Positions 27,925 to 42,420 are shown, counted from the first letter of the stretch. The stretch is 64,000 nt of DNA from Eledone cirrhosa (GCA_964016885.1 OZ024743.1:236344001-236408000), one strand, 5' to 3'. Notes: a model not told the origin generated them from the sequence alone. Made by a program: numbers and translations.

Positions 27925-29100
27925 ATAGTATATATATCTACAAACCTGTTAGACACATTAACACATAGTATATATATCTACAAACCTGTTAGACACATTA
28001 ACACAGTATATATATCTACAAACCTGTTAGACACATTAACACACAGTATATATATCTACAAACCTGTTAGACATATTAACACAGTATATATATCTACAAA
28101 CCTGTTAGACACATTAACACATAGTATATATATCTACAAACCTGTTAGACATATTAACACAGTATATATATCTACAAACCTGTTAGACATATTATCACAG
28201 TATATATATCTACAAACCTGTTAGACACATTAACACAGTATATATATCTACAAACCTGTTAGACACATTAACACAGTATATATATCTACAAACCTGTTAG
28301 ACACATTAACACATAGTATATATATCTACAAACCTGTTAGACATATTAACACAGTATATATATCTACAAACCTGTTAGACATATTATCACATAGTATATA
28401 TATCTACAAACCTGTTAGACATATTAACACAGTATATATATCTACAAACCTGTTAGACACATTATCACATAGTATATATCTACAAACCTGTTAGACACAT
28501 TAACACATAGTATATATTTCTATAAACCTGTTACACACATTATCACATAGTATATATATCTACAAACCTGTTAGACATATTATCACAGTATATATATCTA
28601 CAAACCTGTTAGACACATTATCACACAGTATATGTATCTACAAACCTGTTAGACACATTATCACATAGTATATATATATATCTATAAACCTGTTACACAC
28701 ATTATCACATAGTATATATATCTATAAACCTGTTACACACATTATCACATAGTATATATCTCTATAAACCTGTTAGACACATTAACACATAGTATATATG
28801 TCTATAAACCTGTTACACACATTATCACATAGTATATATATCTATAAACCTGTTACACACATTATCACATAGTATATATCTCTATAAACCTGTTAGACAC
28901 ATTAACACATAGTATATATGTCTATAAACCTGTTACACACATTATCACATAGTATATATATCTACAAACCTGTTACACACATTATCACATAGTATATATC
29001 TCTATAAACCTGTTAGACACATTAACACATAGTATATATGTCTATAAACCTGTTACACACATTATCACATAGTATATATATCTACAAACCTGTTACACAC
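27925..29100. repeat. Minisatellite, ~36-38 bp unit (TATATATCTACAAACCTGTTAGACACATTAACACATAG)
   Basis: About 30 tandem units. Confidence 0.95.
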
Positions 29101-29327
29101 CTATTATTCTCCTACAATATGGAATATATTTAGTATTTGAATATATTTGTTATATGTACATATACATGTGTGTGCATGTTTTCATATAGACACACATACA
29201 ACATACACGCTCATATATATTCAAATACATTGAGACATAATGTAATAAAAACATGAGATATTGGAGAATCTTGGCAAATTAATGGATTCCTTGAAAATAT
29301 ATTTGGCTGGAACCAACAGAAAACTAA

Positions 29328-29399
<72 letters not shown>

Positions 29400-29549
29400 C
29401 TCTCTCTCTCACACACACTCTCTCTCTCACACACACTCTCTCTCTCGCTCTTTCTCATACACACACACATATATATAGACTCGCATTTACACATGCACAC
29501 ACATACACATATATACATACACTCAGAAAGACAAAAAAGACACATACAC

Positions 29550-29604
<55 letters not shown>

Positions 29605-29609
29605 CACAT

Positions 29610-29647
<38 letters not shown>

Positions 29648-30020
29648 ACATACACCTATATGTACATATACATGTGTGTGCATGGTTTCATATAGACACA
29701 CATACAACATACACGCTCATATATATTCAAATAACTTGATATTATACATACATGTACACATACATAAAGATACATATACTTATATATAGAGATAGATACA
29801 TAATCATATACACACATACAAACATATATAGAGCTTAGAATTATATTTTTCGTATTTCAGTTTTGGTTATTTTTCCATTTGTTCCTGTTCTTTGTCTATT
29901 ATTTCTTTAGTTTTATCTGACTTTCTACAACATCGGCTGATGAGTCTCCGTGTTCTGGAAACATTTTAGTGTGTTAAGTGCAGGCTTTTATAGGGAGAAT
30001 AGACTCCTTCTCTAAGTGTA

Positions 30021-30340
30021 CAGCAAATGTGGGCAACATTTTTCTAGTAGTGGGCTGCATAGGATGTGGCTCATATGGCAGGCCACATATAATGTGGGTC
30101 ATCATAAGGCAGGCCGCATATGATGTAGCTCATCATAAGGTGGGCCGTATATGATGTGGGTCATCATAAGGTGGACCGTATATGATGTGGGTCATCATAA
30201 GGTGGGCCGCATATGATGTGGGTCATCATAAGGCGAGCAGCACTACTAAAACAATTCAAGGCAATTTTGAAATTAGGCGTACCATTTAGAAAGCCAAACG
30301 GGCCACATGCAGCTCACGGGCCGCAGTTTACCCATGGCTG
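30021..30340 (-). mobile_element. hAT-Charlie-like MITE with an internal ~30-bp minisatellite
   Basis: The right end, reverse-complemented, reads CAGCCATGGGTAAACTGCGGCCCG..GCATGTGGCCC. The left end CAGCAAATGTGGGCAAC is degenerate, and there is no clean TSD. Confidence 0.5.
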
Positions 30341-30694
30341 GTGTATTACATCTGACATGTTTTATTATGGAGGTTTAGCTTGTTATTGATGTTATTTTAG
30401 TGTTTGTTTTGTTGTGTATGTTATGTGAGTTGTGTTATTTAATTGGGTAATAATCATTGAGAGTATATTTCATGTGGGTTAAGTTGGATCTTTATTAAGT
30501 GCTTATTGTATTATGAGCTTAGGCCGGTTATTATGTCGAGAGAGTTATAACAATCGAATCTTCATGTTATAAATAGTTGTTGTTGTTGTTGTTACAGCTC
30601 ACACCTATCCAGGTTTAGTCGGCCTCCTCCAAGGTATATCTCGTTGGAAGTGTCTTGGGTGATTTAATGATAGGGACCCCATTCCTATCATCTC

Positions 30695-30835
30695 ATTTCT
30701 ACAGCTGAGTAAACTGGAGCAACGTGAAATAAAGTGTCTTGTTCAAGGAAACAACACATCACCCGGTCCTAGAATTGAACTCACAACCTTTCGATTACAA
30801 GTCCAATGCTCTAACCACTAAGCCATGCGCCCTCA
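30695..30835 (-). mobile_element. tRNA-derived SINE (family 2, CORE-like TCCTTGAGCAAGACACTT)
   Basis: A box TGGCTTAGTGG and B box GAGTTCAATTC on the - strand. Relatives at ~31390-31630, 32190-32540(+), 32780-33070 and 51550-51850. Confidence 0.7.
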
Positions 30836-30877
30836 CGTGTTATAAATAGGATTGTCTATTAAAGATATAAATAGCTA

Positions 30878-31190
30878 GGGAGTCTGTGAAGGCCATTTAC
30901 ACTGCCCCTTCCTCCAGATGTCGGAGGGCTGGTGAAGGCCATAGACACTACCCCTTCCTCCAGATGTCGGGGGGCTGGTGAAGGCCATGGGGTCCCCTTC
31001 TTCCAGATGTCCGAGGGTCTGTGAAAGCCATGGGTTTCCCCTTCTTCCAGATGTCGGAGAGTCTGTGAAGGACATAGACACTGCCCCTTCTTCCAGATGT
31101 CGGAGGGCTGGTGAAGGCCATAGACACTGCCCCTTCCTCCAGATGTTGGGGGCTGGTGAAGGCCATAGACACTGCCCCTTCTTCCAGACC
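30878..31190. repeat. ~43-bp minisatellite, about 7 copies (TGAAGGCCATAGACACTGCCCCTTCCTCCAGATGTCGG)
   Basis: Direct reading. Confidence 0.92.
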
Positions 31191-33699
31191 TATTAAATAA
31201 AAATATAACTGAGAAACCTTATCACAAAAAAGGTAAAGTGTGCAAACCAATCTTGTGATGTAGGTTCGATCTTCGTTTGATTTAACTTCACTTCACTTAC
31301 ACTTCTGATGATCTGATGACAAGGCATGAACATCACAGCTTCACATTTTCTCCTCTCTGATAGGTTAACATCTCTCTTGTTGAACTCCCGTCGGTTTCAA
31401 TGAAGAATCTTCCAGTTGATACAATTAACGGAATAGCCTGCTCACAAAATAAACATGCAAGTGGCTGAGCATTCCTCAGGCACGTGCAACCTTAACGTAG
31501 TTCTCAGGGAGATTCAGCGTCACACGAAGCTCTTTGAACTATATGTACAACTCAGCTGAGGAGATTGCAGCAACATGAAATAGAAAGTCTTGCTCAAGGA
31601 CAGAAGGTGCCGCCAGAAATATAACTCAAGCTTTAAAACAGTTCTATGTTTAATAAGAGACAGCAATAATTTGAAAATCCTGTCTAGTTAAATGAATTAA
31701 AGTTATAAGTGATTAATTAGTAATTAATTATAGACCGTTAATTAATGTTTAATCATCCATAACAACATTTAATGTGAGTTCGTTCTTCATGTGCTTCAAG
31801 ACAAAGAAGATCTAATCAGATTTTGGGTGACTACATTTGTATTATTCTGTATCACTTGTTTGTTTTTTTTACAGCTGCAAAAGAAATTTTTTTATTAAGT
31901 TTAAAATATATAATAACATAAAGAATAGATCCAGTTCTCTCACAAACTTTACCACAGACAACAAATAATTTCCTCGGTAACAACATCTGACTGATAAAAT
32001 GACAAGTCAGTCAATCATTTTGGTGGCCTCCGCGGCGGACAGAATGGAGAAGGCGTTTCCCCGGAGGGTGTAACAGTTTAAAATCACTCAAGTGGAAACA
32101 CTACATTTTCAGCCATCTTGTTTTTCTTTACAGTTCATTTGTTTTATGTTTAATTAATTACAGAGTTGAGATTATCATATAATAGATGTTGGGGTGTACG
32201 TGTGGCCGAGTGGTGAAGAAGTTCGCTTTGCAATCATAATGTCCCGGATTCGACATCACTGCACGACATCTTCAACAAATGTCTTTACTATAGCCACCGA
32301 TCGACTCAAAGATTGTGTATGAAATTTGGTAGACGCAACATGTATAGAAGAAGCCTGTCAGATGGATTGTACCTGCAATTCAAAGGTCCGACGTTGTTGC
32401 ATAGTGTCACACTGGTTTCTGTCTGAGAAATGTATTAAAGATACACGTGTCTGTAGAATACTCAGTCATTTACATGTCGGACGATCAGTTGATCGGATGA
32501 CTAAATGCTCATTGTCGAAACTGAGGGAGGATCCATCATCGTAATAGAAGATGAGGCCGGCCTTCCAGGGGTTAGATTTTATAGGAGGTTTCTATGGTGT
32601 TTTAATGATACGGAACGCTAAGCCACCATTTTTGTGGCGATAGGAGGCGGGATTTGAACTCAGAACACTGACAACCAGAACAAATACCACAAGGTACAAT
32701 CCCTCTGAAATGTACAATCCATCGCGCCACAGCCTCCTGGCTTGAGACAGACTTTAGATTAGAATTCAGTGTGACACAATGTTTTATAATGCTGGCCTTT
32801 TAAATTACAGGTACAGTTCATTGCATCATAGCCTAAGTGGCAGAGAATTCCACAGACACGTGTACTTTTAACGTATTTCTCATGGAGATTCAGCATGACA
32901 GATTGAATGAGAAGACTGGCCCTCTGAATTACAGGTAGCGCTCAGTCAACTGAGTGGACTAAAGCAACATGAAATAAAGTGTCTTGCTCAAGGACACAGT
33001 GTAGAAGCAGGAATGGAACTCACAACCCTTTGATCGTGGGTTGAATGTTCTAACCACTAAGCCACCAAACGACTTTACAAGCCACCTACGTGACTAGGTG
33101 AATCTCATCCAATATAATCTCAGGTATTTTATTGAACAATTTAAATGTTTGTTGAAAATAAAACAAAAACCCTTAACAAAACACATTAGAAAACATTATT
33201 ACAGACACTAATCACGTGATTAGAAGAACAACAAACCAAATGTTTTAATAATAAATTCGAGAATTTGGTTGGGAGGTTTGTTTAGCAAATGACATGGTTT
33301 GCATGAGAAATGCTAAGTAGAGTCATGAATGTGTGGTTAGTAATGTGACAGAGACCAACAGAAAGACCATTATTGAACAACCAGTCAAAGACCTGGCAAG
33401 TCAAGCCAGAGATTTACACAGGGAATATATAATCGGACAAATCATGATGGAACTGCAGTTATTGTCTTGTTTGTTCAACTAAACTAACGTTCGATGACAT
33501 TCTATGACATTGAATTTATTTAATATAAGACTAGATTTACACTGAATAGGTTTCCAGGATGTTAATGTAGGAAGATGATTGATTCAACAGAGATGATGGG
33601 TCTTTTTTATTTCTCTTATGTCAGGCTCTACCTGCCAGGCAAGATTTGTAGCAGTATAGCTATACGTTGTTATAAAGTTGACGTTTAAAGAAATGGAGA

Positions 33700-34085
33700 T
33701 AAAGTGACGTCCGAACGAGTATCCGCCACCTTCAACTAACTTATCCTCTGCCTCTTGGTTCTGGCTGACAGGATAGAGAAGATATTGTCCCAGAGGATGG
33801 CGAGGGAGATGTATTGGAACAGCCATTTCACCTAGCGGGGTTCGCACCAACAAGGAGCTAACTCCGCTCTGATAGCAGTGAGTAGGGATGCTACAGGCTC
33901 GACCACAAACCTATCAGAGAGCGGCCGATATTTGGACAGTTTGCTCTCTTCAATTTGGCGGGCAGCAGAGCCTGGGCTGGAGGCCGAACTCACCAGGTTG
34001 CTACTTGAGTAGGTGTCACAGCATGTGGAATCCCAGATAATGGGCCTACCCCCGCAGAACGGCTTTTTGCCGTCCCCTCGGTCCA
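33700..34085 (-). mobile_element. 3' fragment of an RLE-type (CRE-like) retrotransposon
   Basis: The - strand translates RGDGKKPFCGGRPIIWDSTCCDTYSS and is homologous to 18075-18480. Confidence 0.65.
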
Positions 34086-34121
34086 GCCCCGCTGGCCCGA
34101 GCTGGGAAGGGAAACCTGCGC

Positions 34122-34253
34122 CGCTGATGAACCTGGGTTATTTCATTTCCGTCAACAACTTACTGGCGAAACAGATCACTTTATTGATCTGTTTTGCCAG
34201 TAAGTTGTTGAGTAAGTTGTTGACTTAAATGAAATAACCCAGATTCATCAGCG
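34122..34253. repeat. Nested inverted repeat / long hairpin
   Basis: CGCTGATGAACCTGGGTTATTTCATTT...AAATGAAATAACCCAGATTCATCAGCG encloses TCAACAACTTACTGGCGAAACAGATCA/TGATCTGTTTTGCCAGTAAGTTGTTGA. Confidence 0.85.
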
Positions 34254-34665
34254 TGTGTTAGGCTATACATTTCAGACAACACTAAGAGAATTTTTAAAAC
34301 GGCCGTCCTACTACACGTGGGAGAGAGAAGTCACAGCGTGTTTAAGGGCAGTGAACCAGTGGCCTCTGAGGGACTTCCGTCAACAAATTACTGGCGAAAC
34401 AGGATCATTTTGGATTTGTACGTGTGTTATATAGTTATAGGGGTATTTATTTACGCTTTAATTTATATTTTTAATTATCGTGTCTATATTCTGCCTTTCA
34501 TAGGTTATAGATTCCATACACTGGTGGTTTTTCCCTGTTTTATTGATGGCGCACTGTATCTCTCTCTAGTGTGTTACCTTTTCAACATATTGTATGTATA
34601 TATATATATAGTTAATAAATGAAACAAACAAAAGACAGGAGGAAATTTTTACACAGTTATATTAG

Positions 34666-34724
<59 letters not shown>

Positions 34725-35258
34725 GGGAAGTAAGGTTCTATACAAAACAGTGGATATAGAGAAAAGGTGAAGTTGGAAATAGCACGGAAAATATATTTAA
34801 GGGTCTGTTTTTCAACAAAGTTGTTTTTAGGAAACATCCAGTAAATATGTGTGTGTTCTGTGAAGAAACACAGCTGCTGCTATCTTCACTACCACCTCTC
34901 TATTAACAAGAACTCATTCTCCAGCCAAATTTTGAGTAAGAAAGATGGAAAGAAACTTACTCCAGCATTTGATTTTAATTTTAATTTTAAATCATTAACT
35001 TTTAGTTTTTAACTCCTATTAATTCTTTTAAATTCTTTATTTCAATACTCAACATTTGATAAGGTGAATTTTAATAATACACTGAAACCAGTAATACTTT
35101 ATATACTTTATATATATTATAAAACTTTTTTTAAAAGAATTGTCTTCTCATTTTTTCTATAATGTTATCTTTCCAATAATATCACTTTGACGAATCAAAG
35201 AAAGGATAAAAAAAGAAAAACAGACTCTTAAATATATTTTCCGTGCTATTTCCAACTT

Positions 35259-35323
<65 letters not shown>

Positions 35324-35699
35324 TATATATATATATATATATATATGATATTCAAAACAACAAACAGCAGAGGACGCGTTTCGCACCTGTCCGACAGACA
35401 ACCTTTCCCCCACCCCGGAAAAAACCCCCAGTTGATGGATGTGAATCCGAAATATATAGGGACTATTCAATCTCTCCCAAGGTAACTCTTTCTTGTGTTG
35501 TTATTTTTATTTTATCCTTTATACTCTTCCCTTCATTCTTCTACACATCTTACACATCTTATACACACCACGCATCTCAACGTACACCCACTTACATCTC
35601 TCTCTCCACCACCGGATCTTGTTACCCGGAGATTTACCCATTTGCATTGTCGAGGCTTCCAAACGACTTAAAGATATTTACATATATATATATATATAA

Positions 35700-37439
35700 T
35701 GGAAAAATTTGAACAGGGACAAAACAGAGAGGCAGTACAACGAATGTTTATTAATTTCACGCTCTGGAGAGTGGGGTGTTGGTGGGGGACGACGTTTCGG
35801 GCATAAGCCCTTCCTCAGGTGAGAAGTGTGTGGGAACAGAGTTCAAAGGGTGTGTAGGGGAGTGGTGGAGAGACATATAGCGAAAGGAAACGGTGCGAAT
35901 GAAAAAATAAAAAAATAAAGATAAAAATAAAAATAAAGCATGATCAAAATACAAGGAATGAGATAAATTTAAATATAAAGGCATGATCAAAATAAACTGA
36001 AATTAAAAGGGGGGTAAAACAGGTGGTGGAAGGGTGTGGGGTGTGTAGGGGTGGTGGCGGGTGGAGTGGGAGAGGGAGACGGGGTGTCCGAGCGGGGGGT
36101 GGGCTGAAGGTGGTGTGTGTGTGTAGGTGTGCGTGTGTGTGTGTGTGTGTATGTGAAAGTAAGGGTTGGGGGAAGAACGGGGTTGCATGTTCAGGAAGAG
36201 GTGTGTGTGGGGGGGGTCAGAGTGTCTGTGCGTGTGTGGATAGAGGGGTGGGGGAGAGGAATCAGGAGGCTGAGGGTGTAAATATGTGGTGGAAAGCACG
36301 TGTGTGTGGGGTTTAAGCATATTGTGGGTGTAGGTGGCGTGTGGAGAAAAAAATGTGTTTGTGGTGTGGGTGAGTTATATAAGTGATTACGTAAGAGGAT
36401 GGTTGAAAAGTAGGTAAATTCCGAAGATGTTTAGTGGATTCGTTGTTGGTCAATTTCTGCGTGTGGGTATTCCATGAAGCGATGGTCGGAAGAGGAGAGA
36501 TGTGGGGTGCGCGCGCAACAGGAAGTGGTCAAGCAGTGGGAGTGCTGTGTGTCTGTTTGTGCTGGGAGGGGGTCAGAGGGCATAGCAGCAGTCGGTGGAA
36601 TGGTAAAGGGGCGAGGATGGGTAGGTGTGAAAGTTGGAGTGAGGAGGGTGTGTGTGTGTGTATTAGTAGAGGTGTTAGTGGGATGAGTGAGTGTGGAGCG
36701 AGGGTGTGGGTGGAGCGGGGAGAGAAGGGTGTGTGTGGTTCTATGGAGGGAGTGTGGTGTACTGGTGTGTGTGTAGTTTGATGAAGAGGTGTTAGTGGGT
36801 GTTAGTATACGGGAGGTGGGGAGGGGTTGAATGCAGGTGTGAGTGGGGGTTAGTGGTGGTAGGGTGTGTAGAGTTGGTGGAGTACGAGGGTGTGTGGGTA
36901 CGTGTGCGTGGGGTTGGGGGGTGTTAGTGATGTTAGTTGCGTGTGGGGTGGGTGGTGTAAGTGGGTGCGTGTGTTCGTGTGATTGGGGTTAGGGGGTGTT
37001 AGTGAGGTTAGTTGCGGGGTGGTGGGATGGAGGTGTGGGGTGAGGGTTAGTGGTGGTAGTAGGGTGTGTGTTTAGTGTGAGCGCGTGTATATATGTGCCG
37101 GTGGGTGTGTGCGTGTGATAAGGAGGGGGGAGGAGGAGAAGAGGGGAGGGATGTTAGTATGTTAGTTAGGGAAGGGTGGTCAGATGAGGGGTGGAGTGGA
37201 GGTGTTAGTATTGTTAGTTGTGGGGTGGGCGGTGAAAAGGAGGGGTGTGTTAGTGGTGTTAGTGGGGGATAAGTGTGGGGGGAGGGGGCGGTCGAAGGCT
37301 AAAGGAATAAGGGTGGGGAGTTCAGGCCGGGGGGAGTGTGGGTCTGTAAGATGAAGATAGTTCGTTGTTCGACCGTAAGGCGATTGGCGGGTGTTCCGTG
37401 GCACTGGAGTAGGCCACAGACTGTGAGATGGCGTGCGGA

Positions 37440-37443
<4 letters not shown>
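35700..37443 (-). mobile_element. 5'-truncated Penelope-like element (Neptune-type GIY-YIG tail, long C/A-rich 3' UTR, terminal HHR)
   Basis: 37440-37320(-) translates HSARHLTVCGLLQCHGTPANRLTVEQRTIFILQTHTPPGLN, the GIY-YIG C-terminal R..E..I..L.T..P.GLN pattern. HHR then AATAAA at the 3' end, with (TA)n on both flanks. Confidence 0.75.
35788..35822 (-). ncRNA. Minimal hammerhead ribozyme motif
   Basis: CTGAGGA-A-gggc(ttat)gccc-GAAA-CG-TC. Helix I is only about 2 bp. Confidence 0.6.
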
Positions 37444-37479
<36 letters not shown>

Positions 37480-37682
37480 CTTTGATAGGTTTCGGCCAGT
37501 ATTGGCCCAAGCTATGTCTAACTTAATAGCACCACTATATAAGGAGATAAGGGAGGTTTTACTTTTCGTTGGTAAAATCACACTTATAGAGTGATTATGC
37601 AACTATTAATGAAGAAACAGCTTACCATATATTTTACTCAACATAGAGTCCTGTGATATAATATTCCAGGTGTTAATCCGCC

Positions 37683-37728
<46 letters not shown>

Positions 37729-38189
37729 ATGTGTGTGAGTGTGTGTGTGTGTGAGTGTTTGTATGAATCTGTGCGTCTGTGTGTGTGTATGTGTGTGTCT
37801 TTATGTATGTGTTTGTTTGTGTGTATGTGTGTATGTGTGTATGTGTGTATGTGTGTGTACTCCACCCAACCGTTTTTCGATCCATTGCAGGATAAAACTT
37901 TAGCAACTGTCCCCAGCAACAGGAATGGTCTCTCTGATGGGCTTCCATGAAGGTTCCATCTACGAGAATGAACTCAAAACTACAAGGCTGCAAACTAAGT
38001 CGTCAGCCACACAGACATCTAAATCTTTACTGCCAATCTACCGTAATAACGGTTTCTCATTTAAACACACGGCCAAACATTTGAGGCGAATAAACCGACC
38101 CCAGTGTATTACTGGTACTGAGTTTTCATCATTAAGGACGAAAGACAAAACTAACTTCGTCGGGATTTGAACTCATAACATAAAGGAAT

Positions 38190-38216
38190 GTAACAACAAC
38201 GACAACATCAACAACG

Positions 38217-38256
<40 letters not shown>

Positions 38257-39202
38257 AAACAACAACAACAACATGAACATCAACAAAATCGACAACAACA
38301 ACAGCAGTAACGGCAACAGCAACATCATCATCAACCAACAAAAACATCATCAACGACAACATCACCACCACTAACAACATCATCAAAGACAACATCAACA
38401 CCAACAACATCACCAACAACAACATCACCAACAACAACATCACCAACAACAACATCACCACCAACAATAACACCACCAACAACAACAACAACACCACCAA
38501 CAACAACAACAATATCACCATCACCACCACCAACATCACCACCAACAGCATCACCAACAGCAATATCAACACTACCACCAACAACACAAACACCAACAAC
38601 ATCACCAACAACATCACCACCACCAACAACATCACCAACAACAGCACCACCAACAACATCACCACCACCACCACCAACATCACCAGCACCTCCACCACCA
38701 CCACCAACACCGACACCACCACCAACAACATCACCACCACCACCAACATCACCACGACCTCCACCACCAACACCACCACCAACAACAACACCACCACCAC
38801 CTCCACCACCAACACCACCAATACCACCACCACCACCTCCACCACAAACATCACCAACACCACCATCATCATCACCACCACCACCACTACAATCACCACC
38901 ACCACCACCTCCACCACAACCGCCACCGCCATCATCACTACCACCACCACCACTACCATCACCACCCCACCACCTCCACCACCACCACCAACAACATCAC
39001 TACCATCACCACCACCATCACCACTACCACCACCATCATCACCACCACCACCACCACCACCACCACCATCACCACCACCACCTCCACCACCAACACCACC
39101 ACCACCATACTACCATCACCACCACCACCACCACCATCACCACCCCAACCACCACCACCACCAACACACCACCACCATCACCAACACCAACAACGACGAC
39201 CA
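38190..39202. repeat. (CAA/CAC/CAT)n compound microsatellite
   Basis: Direct reading. Confidence 0.95.
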
Positions 39203-39620
39203 AACTAAATGTGATATGTCACTCTACATTATTAACCCTGTAGCTACAATAACAAGTTATATTCTATATTAGTAATATCTCTTAAAATAGCCACCAACTC
39301 TATTATATATCATAGTGGATGTTTGTCTGAATAATTTAACAAGTAGCATTGGTCAAACATCTAAATATGGTTCAGAATATATTGTAAATAAAGCCAGAAC
39401 ATTGAAATCTACAATAATAGCTACAATAAAAGCAAGAAATCTATACCATGTAAGCTTAACATGGCGGCCATTATAAAAATAACATTTTATTGACGTATGA
39501 CGTAACACAGGAATAAACACACTAATAATAACTGCTCCCCCACAATGTTATCCAATAATAAATTCTCCCCAAATGTCAATTAATAATGATTTCTAATTTA
39601 GACACAAGGCCGGATATGTA

Positions 39621-39698
<78 letters not shown>

Positions 39699-40891
39699 AC
39701 TCGCACCTCCACTCTTTCAAAAAACACAATCTAGCCAACTCCACTTCACTATCTAGCTACATTACATACACTATCTGAAAACTAGGAATAGAACATATAT
39801 ACATCAATGGGAAGTAGTAGGTAGGGCTACATCGTATAAACCACCTAATAAATTTTGTAACCTCTGTCTCCTAGAGACCCATACTATAATATTTTCGAAT
39901 CTTAACCTCCTAAATAAAAAATCGGAAGTGTTTGCATCGTGCCAGCACCGCTTCCGACACTCATTCCATAGCTTTAAACCTAGTATATAACAATGTCAGA
40001 TCTGAACTCATCACCACCATTAGCACTTCACCTCTAAGACTTGCCTTCCACCGCTGCATCACACTCTTTGATCCACCCTTTCCTCTACACATCATTTTTA
40101 TCTCTAACATTATACTCTAGAAATATTCTTATAGTCACCACCTTTTAATATAATTACTTTAGATTACTTATAATTATATAGTGATTGAAATATAATATAA
40201 TATATATAAACTTTAAATATTAAATGTAACAATGAATTATATATACATTTATAATTAAATGTATAAATTAATATTGTATATAAAGAATTAATTTATTAAC
40301 ATAAGGAATTTATCTAACTTAAATGTAATATGGAACAATGAATTATATATATACATTTATAATTAAATGTATAAATTAATAACATTGTATATAAAGGATT
40401 AATTTATTTACTCAAGGGATGTATCTAATTTATCATGCAAGCAGCTATACGTTATACCATATCTTACCAAATATTGGGTAGACAACAATCTAATGAAACC
40501 TTTAATATATTATGAGAGAGTAGACTGTATTTGAAATTAAATATAAATATATAACATTTTGTATAAGGGATTCAATTGTGGCATTATATAATATTGGGTA
40601 GACAACAATCTAATGAAACCTTTAATATATTATGAGAGAATAGACTGTATTTAAAGTTAAATATAAATACATAACTTTTTTATATAAGGGATTCAATTGT
40701 GGCACTATATAATGTCTATTAGAGCAAGGAATTGAATTATTATAATGAGCTAGTTACCTCCCCTTACGCATTAGTTCCCCTTAATTCCATATCCACTTCC
40801 GGATATTAAACCGTTGAAAATTCTCGCAGTAGAACAACTCTAATCCATAAATATGGATAAAATAACACCAAGTTACAATCCATTATTATAA

Positions 40892-41192
40892 CTTAACTTT
40901 GCCTTTCATCCTTACGGGGTCGATAAAATAAAGTACCAGTAATACACTGGGTAATTGCTGGCCTTGTGCCTAAAGTAGAAACAATTATTATAACAAACGA
41001 CGGTGGATTGGCAGTATCGGTAGAGGGTCGGACGCCATGCTTTCCAGCATAGTTACGTCCCTTTACGATCTGAGTTCAAATCCCGCCGAGGTTGACTTTG
41101 CCTTTCATCCTTACGGGGTCGATAAAATAAAGTACCAGTAATGCACTGGGTATTTGCTGGCCTTGTGCCTAAAGTAGAAACAATTATTATAA
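40892..41192 (+). mobile_element. Partial plus full SINE family 1 copies in tandem
   Basis: Same A/B boxes and central domain as 19934-20115. Confidence 0.82.
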
Positions 41193-41696
41193 CAAACATT
41201 CAATACAGATATAAATTAACATATGTAATGGATGTGAAATCTGTAACTTTCATAATCTACACACATACAAATTTGAACTATACAGAAAATATCATCGCAT
41301 TGCACCCACCATAATACACTATCATATTCGCTTATAGTGCTTGTATTTCATGTAATACCTTACCATACAGTACTCATATATGCATGATATATTTGCTTGT
41401 TCCATTCTTTTATATACGACTAACGCATGTACTATCTCTTTAATTTAATTATTAGACTATTCTCTTGTATTATCTGTCGCATGTATTCCACCCTTTGCTT
41501 TTAATTTTAATTTTAATTTTTAATTTTTAATTTTAATTTTAATCTTAATTTGAATTATTGTACAATTCTCGTATAATATATGTCGCATCCATTCCACACT
41601 GTAAACATGAAACTGTTGTCCACAACATCAATATATATGTATCTGTATGATTCTTCAGTTGAATAGGAGGTTGATTATATGTACAAACATTAATAA

Positions 41697-41743
41697 TGCT
41701 CCGAGGACTCCAAGCTTAAGTTTGGAAGAAACAATTGTCAGCG
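41697..41743 (+). ncRNA. Type I hammerhead ribozyme, U4C core variant
   Basis: tgct-CCGAGGA-c-tccaagc(ttaa)gtttgga-a-GAAA-CAATTG-TC-agcg. Confidence 0.75.
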
Positions 41744-41796
41744 ATTAAATGTTTTAAACATAACTTTGATACTTGTGTAATCTATATATATATATA

Positions 41797-41865
<69 letters not shown>

Positions 41866-42159
41866 GGTAATTCCGAAGGAAAAGAAAGGAAAGAAGAGTG
41901 CTCTATGTATAGAACAGAGCTATTTAATTAGAAGTTGAACAACACAATGTATGACTACTCCATTACCAAATGTTTCTGGATCACAGACGATATTTATATA
42001 CGTCTGGATCGGTCGTCAGACAGAGATGTTATGGATAAATCTCATTTCATATCTTTTATCCATAACATGTCTGTCTGACGACCGATCCAGACATATATTA
42101 ATATTGTCTGAGATCCAGAAACCTTTGGAAATGGAGTAGTTATATTTTGTGTTGTTCAC

Positions 42160-42224
<65 letters not shown>

Positions 42225-42291
42225 AAAATGTTTAACCCCGACGGCTGAGCTCCAGCCGTTTCGACGGCTATTTCTGGACTAAATAGAGAAT

Positions 42292-42420
42292 TAGAACTGT
42301 TTCATTCAAAAGAATGATTTCTTTTGAATGAAACAGTTCTAGTCCTGTGGAAGTCATTTCTGTATTAAACATGATGTTTACACTCTACTTACTGTGGTTA
42401 CCTTCGATTGAATCTGGGTC
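42292..42420 (+). mobile_element. Short HHR-bearing element with a 5' inversion through the ribozyme core
   Basis: Palindrome TAGAACTGTTTCATTCAAAAGAA/TTCTTTTGAATGAAACAGTTCTA, followed by a tail shared with 55306-55440 and 58222-58310. Confidence 0.65.

Larger units (their letters stand above)
39696..41782 (+). mobile_element. 5'-truncated Naiad-type Penelope-like element (GIY-YIG tail, 3' UTR, HHR), interrupted by SINEs
   Basis: Translates [67 protein letters not shown]. It starts right after (TA)n, has an HHR at 41697 and ends at TA/TG repeats. Confidence 0.75.

Noticed and set aside
29937-29975. CTGATGA...GAAAC
   Set aside because: No convincing helix I, II or III
35370-35400. CGAAACGCGTC half-hammerhead on - (similar halves at 37483-37507, 42885-42905 and 55550-55580)
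   Set aside because: The CUGANGA half is missing or cannot be paired. They may be truncated pLTR remnants but are not supportable as ribozymes.
39696-41700. Selenocysteine codons or a SECIS element in the Naiad fragments
   Set aside because: The readable Cys motifs use TGT/TGC, and I could not identify an AUGA/AA/GA SECIS fold by eye
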